From: a virus
Direction: 5' to 3' (one strand)
IMG/VR virus record: IMGVR_UViG_3300045988_146331
Coordinates: 1-57,615 of that record
DNA length: 57,615 bases
Under the pieces are notes generated by a model, which saw only the letters and a program-made list of their open reading frames with translations, had not been told where the DNA came from and did not search any database. The translations under genes and the position numbers were made by a program. How positions within the stretch are numbered: position 1 is the stretch's first letter; every line of letters begins with the position of its first letter. Below, one piece after another: positions 53,531 to 57,615 of this stretch.

Positions 53531-53941
53531 GCAGTCTGCTAATTGACTTGAAACACCTTGAATAGCATTTCTAGTTTCGTAACCATTAGTCATAATAGCA
53601 TTGTTAACTCCAGCAAAACCATTTAATAAACTTGTATTCATAGCATAGAAACCATCACATAATCCATTTTGAATGTATCTACTTTGTGCTGTTAAATCAC
53701 CGAAGCCATCACTAAGCTGTCTTTGAATTGTGGCAAAATCACTTGCAAGTATATAGTTATCACTAGCACCGCTGCCATTACCACCGAATAAACCATTACC
53801 ATTTCTTCCCCAACCAGTGAATGCAAAGATTAAGAAAATAATTATCCACCATGCACCGGTTCCGTCGCCAAAACCAGCGTTGTCTCTATTATTTCCAGTT
53901 ATCAGTGCTACATCAGCTGGGCTTAATGAATTGTCTCTCAT
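53462..53941 (-). CDS. Gly/Asn-rich membrane protein, upstream exon (the ORF reads through into the intron to a TAG inside an intron hairpin)
   Basis: TM helix GAWWIIIFLIFAFTGW flanked by GNG repeats; repeated NG-x4-NAI units. Confidence 0.6.
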   Translation of the reverse strand: MRDNSLSPADVALITGNNRDNAGFGDGTGAWWIIIFLIFAFTGWGRNGNGLFGGNGSGASDNYILASDFATIQRQLSDGFGDLTAQSRYIQNGLCDGFYAMNTSLLNGFAGVNNAIMTNGYETRNAIQGVSSQLADCLKKFFIAVKNKFTKVNTVGSLV

Positions 53942-54001
53942 AATTCCTCCTTATAAAAATAATTAGGGCTTGCAAATTATATTAAAAACCAATTATTCTT
54001 A

Positions 54002-54223
54002 TTATTTGAAATTATTCATAAAATTAGAAAATTCTTCATCAAAATTTAAACCTTTTTCTTTAAATAGATTTTTTGCGAACTCTTCAATGCCTTTTGTATC
54101 GCCTTGATTAGCCATGTTTATTAGATTATTTATCATTGGATTAGCATTATTACCAATCATTTTCATTACCACATTCTTTGGATTCCCTGCGATAGTTTTT
54201 AAAAAATTCATAGGATTATTCAT
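54002..54223 (-). CDS. Hypothetical protein
   Basis: ORF track. Confidence 0.5.
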   Translation of the reverse strand: MNNPMNFLKTIAGNPKNVVMKMIGNNANPMINNLINMANQGDTKGIEEFAKNLFKEKGLNFDEEFSNFMNNFK

Positions 54224-54225
54224 AA

Positions 54226-54681
54226 TTACTCCTTAGTTTTAGATTTTAATCTAGATCTAATATCTTTCATTTCTTTTTTGATATTATCTAAATCTACTTT
54301 TAAATCGTCGATATCACTAAAATCAATATCTTCTAATTTTTTATTCAAATCGTCAAAAGTAACATATTTTGGCGTTTCTTTATTTTGCATTGGTTTGTAA
54401 ACAATTATTCTACTTGTACCATCTTGTTGTAATTGTTTTGTTACAATAGCGCTACCATCTGCAATTGGAAAATAACTAATAGAACCATCCAAAGGTATAT
54501 CTATAGCTTTAACTACTTCTATATTGTCAACGGATTTACCTAATAGCCCGTTTTGCCTATTTAATTGCATTGTAGGGATATTTTGTTGTGGGATAGACAT
54601 TTCTACCGGCTGTGGTCTATTTATTGGCTGTTGACCATAAAAACCATTATTAAATGGAACAAATTGATTGCCGTACATCAT
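54226..54681 (-). CDS. Hypothetical protein with Gln/Pro/Asn-rich N-terminus
   Basis: ORF track. Confidence 0.55.
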   Translation of the reverse strand: MMYGNQFVPFNNGFYGQQPINRPQPVEMSIPQQNIPTMQLNRQNGLLGKSVDNIEVVKAIDIPLDGSISYFPIADGSAIVTKQLQQDGTSRIIVYKPMQNKETPKYVTFDDLNKKLEDIDFSDIDDLKVDLDNIKKEMKDIRSRLKSKTKE

Positions 54682-54787
54682 ATCACCTACCTACGTAACC
54701 CTGAAAACCCAGATCTCATTAAATATAGTTTATCCAAGTTAGTAGTTATTGCATGAGTTATCATATATTTAAAAATGTAATCCATAG

Positions 54788-55012
54788 TTACCTTTTAATA
54801 ATATCTAGTAATGTTGCCATATCATTTTTCCAACGTTCATCGCTATCTTTTTGTTCTAATTTATATAGCATATTATCTAATCGCATGATATCCTCATTTG
54901 TTAGTTCATCTTTCGCTAAAATCTTTTCTAAATGTTCTTCTAATTTCTTTTCGATTCTTTCTTTTAAATCTTCCATGTCATTATCTCCTCGTTTTTGTTG
55001 ACTTTTCAACAC
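54788..55012 (-). CDS. Hypothetical acidic coiled-coil protein
   Basis: ORF track. Confidence 0.5.
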   Translation of the reverse strand: MLKSQQKRGDNDMEDLKERIEKKLEEHLEKILAKDELTNEDIMRLDNMLYKLEQKDSDERWKNDMATLLDIIKR

Positions 55013-55187
55013 ACTCTGCTAAATATGTATTTATTTCTTTTGTCATATCAAGTAGTTTGTGCATATCAACATCAATATCTTTTTCATAAAAAATAGAGAG
55101 TTTTAATATATATTCTTTCATGATACTATCTAAATCATTTTCAATTTGATTAGAAATATCTATATACATTAAAATCTCTCCTTTCAA
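54981..55187 (-). CDS. Hypothetical protein
   Basis: ORF track. Confidence 0.5.
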   Translation of the reverse strand: MKGEILMYIDISNQIENDLDSIMKEYILKLSIFYEKDIDVDMHKLLDMTKEINTYLAECVEKSTKTRR

Positions 55188-55242
55188 AAAGCCTTTTATT
55201 CGCTTTCTGGTTAAATTTTATCATGAGAAAAAGGATAAAAAA

Positions 55243-55270
55243 TTAACGATTTATTAACGATTTATTAACA
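55243..55270. repeat. Tandem 11-bp repeat TTAACGATTTA x2.5
   Basis: Read directly; lies between terminator 55270-55290 and the next gene. Confidence 0.85.
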
Positions 55271-55290
55271 AAAAAAGACACAACGTGTCT
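55270..55290 (-). terminator. Intrinsic terminator after the SSB-like gene
   Basis: Minus strand reads AGACACgttGTGTCTttttttt. Confidence 0.7.
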
Positions 55291-55730
55291 TATAGATCAT
55301 TTCCAAGTATTGCGTCTCTAGGATTTATTGACGTTTCTGCGGAAGTATTGTTTACTAAACGAATAACTTTTTTAACGTTAGCAAATACTGGGAATTCTCC
55401 ATTAGCATTTGGGTTAGTTCCTTTAGTATGCTTTACTTCACATTCTAACTTTTTACCGATTAGCTCCATACTTCTAGATACATCAAATAATTCTCCATCT
55501 TTTATGTTAAGCGCTTTCTCACACATTAATCCAAATGCCCAAATACTTGTTTCATTTTTAAGATTAACGTTATACATCAATTGTCCTTTTTCACTATCTT
55601 TCATTGTAATAGAAATCTTTTCTGGGTTACCACTAGGGGTAATCTTTACATCAATTACCTCCAAAATTCTATTACCTTCCGGTACTACTTCAAACCCACC
55701 TTTTAAATTAAATTGAATAACTTTTGACAT
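55290..55730 (-). CDS. OB-fold single-stranded-DNA-binding protein (phage DUF669-like)
   Basis: Size; position after the recombinase/exonuclease pair; beta-rich N-terminal region with a flexible Asn/Ser tail ending ...GNDL. Confidence 0.5.
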   Translation of the reverse strand: MSKVIQFNLKGGFEVVPEGNRILEVIDVKITPSGNPEKISITMKDSEKGQLMYNVNLKNETSIWAFGLMCEKALNIKDGELFDVSRSMELIGKKLECEVKHTKGTNPNANGEFPVFANVKKVIRLVNNTSAETSINPRDAILGNDL

Positions 55731-56788
55731 TATTTTTCCTCCTTTTTCTTTCCTACTGTCAATTTATATGTTATTGTTGTTTCGCAACAATCATCATATA
55801 TTTTTTCATATTTACTTTTCAATAATTTTTCATTTAACTTTGTTGTAACTGATCTATTTAATTTCATTCTACCTATTCCAGATAAATCTTGTTCAATCAT
55901 TGTATCTCGAATAGCCTGTTTCAATATCTTTAATCTGTCGGCTTTTTCTTTTATGTATTGTTTTTCTAAATCGTCAACTTCATCTTGCAATGCTTCGCAT
56001 TCCGTTACCATATCCTCTAGTAACATATCTTCTCCAGGTTGTAAACGACGAATCATATCCAAATATACTTTATCCTTAACCTCATCAAATTCAGGACTAA
56101 TTCCTGTTTCAATGTATTCATTCCACCAATCGACACCCATTTTCATTATGTCTTGAATATTATATAATTGGCCATCAATTGGTATTAATATATCTTTTAA
56201 ACTCTTTACAATTAATTTTGTGTTTTTATCATTTACTTCAAACTTTTCTGGGTGAGCATAATCTTCTTCTTGTAAAAACGAACATGCAAATAATACTGTA
56301 TCTAAGCCTTTTAAATATGAATATAATGCACCTTGTAATAAATAAGTAACCGGTATTTGATTATTCGCCCATTCTTGTGGTTTACTAGTTGTTTTACATT
56401 CACAAATCATGAATATCGTTTTTCCATCATTCCCAGTACTAACAACATCTATTACTCCACCGAATATATCACTATCGTCTTTGAAATTATTATATTGATA
56501 ATCTTTAAAGTTATTTCCATAATAATCTTCAATCGACTGCACATTTGGAAAATATTTTCCTATATATTCGATTAATTTCGGTTCAATTGCTTTTCCGGCA
56601 ATTGTATATTTTGATTCTTCAAAAGGTGCTTTTAATATCTTTGTTATTTCACACCAACATTGAAAAGGTGTCTTATACTTGTCTAACCCTAATATCGCAG
56701 CGATTCTATGCCCTGTAATACGAAGTCTTTGCTTTGGAGGGGAATCCAATACAATCGTCTTTCTATCTTTCCCATACGTCCATTCCAT
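55730..56788 (-). CDS. YqaJ-type (lambda-exonuclease-like) recombination exonuclease
   Basis: N-terminus ...ITGHRIAAILGLDKYKTPFQCWCEI...; PD-(D/E)XK-like ...DVVS...ICECKT. Confidence 0.75.
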   Translation of the reverse strand: MEWTYGKDRKTIVLDSPPKQRLRITGHRIAAILGLDKYKTPFQCWCEITKILKAPFEESKYTIAGKAIEPKLIEYIGKYFPNVQSIEDYYGNNFKDYQYNNFKDDSDIFGGVIDVVSTGNDGKTIFMICECKTTSKPQEWANNQIPVTYLLQGALYSYLKGLDTVLFACSFLQEEDYAHPEKFEVNDKNTKLIVKSLKDILIPIDGQLYNIQDIMKMGVDWWNEYIETGISPEFDEVKDKVYLDMIRRLQPGEDMLLEDMVTECEALQDEVDDLEKQYIKEKADRLKILKQAIRDTMIEQDLSGIGRMKLNRSVTTKLNEKLLKSKYEKIYDDCCETTITYKLTVGKKKEEK

Positions 56789-56791
56789 ATA

Positions 56792-57592
56792 TTATTCTAC
56801 ACCTTTTTCTTTCAATTCAATACCATTTTCTTGTAGTTTTATTTGTATCTTAATTTTTAATGCTAATAATTCAGAGGTCGTATGTTCATTTTCGACAACA
56901 TCTATCATAGTTGCCTTTCCATAATCATCACCAAGCTTATCTCTCAACGCCCATATTCCTTCGATAATATACTTTTTAAATTCCTCGTTTGTTTTTTCGT
57001 CGTATTGAACGTCATTTACGACTTTTTCAATTACATCTTTTTTAGTATCCTTTGGAATATATGCTGGAACTTTTGGTTCAGCACTAGCCGCTGTTTCTAC
57101 AGCATTTTGATTATCATCCCAGTCAAATCTATTTTTTGGTGAAAAATTAAATTTGAACCAGTTTCTAAACGCCAATGTACATGCACTACTTACACTTTTA
57201 TCCATTGTATCGCTTCCACTTGCAATCATCATATAATGTTTTTCATAACCAGTATCAATATCAGTAAGTGTTGCACGACAACGAACTGTTGATAAATGCT
57301 TTGGTGCGCCAACGGATGGTGTTAAGATATTCTTTTCAAATCTAAGTTCTTCAATTGGTTGAAAATCAAAATCTAGCCCACATTCAATACATAATTCTTG
57401 AACAGCATTATAATATTGACCAATTGAATGATACTCTTCACCACCTAAATTTGAAGTCATTGCTTTATCTAATACGAATTGTTTTTCTTGGATTAGTCGT
57501 CTAAGTTTATCTATTTTATGTAATAATTTTACTTTATCGTTATTAGTTTCTACTATTTTAGTTTCTGTTATGTTATTTTCTTTTTTTGCCAT
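56792..57592 (-). CDS. ERF-family single-strand annealing protein (own SD AAGGAGA + ATG 57592)
   Basis: YHSIGQYYNAVQELCIECGL... and ...GSDTMDKSVSSACTLAFRNWFKFNF resemble the ERF core; paired with the YqaJ exonuclease. Confidence 0.65.
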   Translation of the reverse strand: MAKKENNITETKIVETNNDKVKLLHKIDKLRRLIQEKQFVLDKAMTSNLGGEEYHSIGQYYNAVQELCIECGLDFDFQPIEELRFEKNILTPSVGAPKHLSTVRCRATLTDIDTGYEKHYMMIASGSDTMDKSVSSACTLAFRNWFKFNFSPKNRFDWDDNQNAVETAASAEPKVPAYIPKDTKKDVIEKVVNDVQYDEKTNEEFKKYIIEGIWALRDKLGDDYGKATMIDVVENEHTTSELLALKIKIQIKLQENGIELKEKGVE

Positions 57593-57615
57593 ATTAATTA
57601 AATCTCCTTTTTCTT
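57561..57615. repeat. Second copy of the 55-bp terminal overlap
   Basis: Identical to nt 1-55. Confidence 0.97.

Noticed and set aside
1-57615. Diversity-generating retroelement, retron, toxin-antitoxin, anti-CRISPR or integrase modules
   Set aside because: No reverse-transcriptase motifs (YxDD), no template/variable repeat pair, no tyrosine or serine recombinase motifs and no recognisable toxin folds were seen. Absence is judged by eye only.

Overview
The window is a complete, circularly closed genome of a visibly AT-rich tailed dsDNA phage. Nt 1-55 are identical to nt 57561-57615, so the unit length is 57,560 bp. The signals look Firmicutes-like: many near-consensus TTGACA/TTGACT-17-TATAAT promoters, GGAGG-type RBSs and an M23+SH3 endolysin. 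No integrase or other lysogeny gene was recognised.

Layout:
- A minus-strand early/replication/lysis super-operon runs 23376 -> 1, wraps through the overlap, and continues 57592 -> 49000.
- A plus-strand late morphogenesis module runs 24235 -> 48955: TerS, TerL, portal, scaffold, decoration protein, lambda-gpE-like capsid, connectors, tail tube, G/G-T chaperone with a GGGAAAC slip site, tape measure, and baseplate/fibre proteins.
- The late module is interrupted between TerS and TerL by an oppositely oriented ~2-kb gene cassette plus an ncRNA/tRNA locus.

Recognisable early functions are a family-B DNA polymerase, an ERF / YqaJ-exonuclease / OB-fold SSB recombination trio, an SF2 helicase, an Hjc-like resolvase, a prim-pol, a VirE-type primase-helicase, a DNA methyltransferase, a PAPS-reductase-like protein, and a Pnkp-type kinase/phosphatase/RNA-ligase with a nucleotidyltransferase partner.

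Most interesting observations:
1. A promoter-driven ~565-nt ORF-free structured transcript sits directly in front of a tRNA. This is the context described for ROOL/GOLLD-class large ncRNAs.
2. The polymerase gene is broken exactly inside motif A by a ~100-nt stop-filled gap flanked by partial duplications. Its downstream half has no stop codon and reads in frame into the ERF gene.
3. A group I intron carries a zinc-finger/PD-(D/E)XK-like homing endonuclease. It lies in a Gly/Asn-rich membrane-protein gene and is followed by a 77-nt duplication of the target region.
4. A tRNA operon contains a 95-nt tRNA-like gene with a ~23-nt insertion in the anticodon arm, plus ~320 nt of additional structured RNA.
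5. There are several promoter-hairpin-terminator small-RNA units. One has a loop perfectly complementary to the helicase ribosome-binding region.
6. Iteron and palindrome arrays lie upstream of terS and upstream of a BclA-C-terminal-like gene.

All calls come from reading the sequence and the ORF track; no searches or computations were run.
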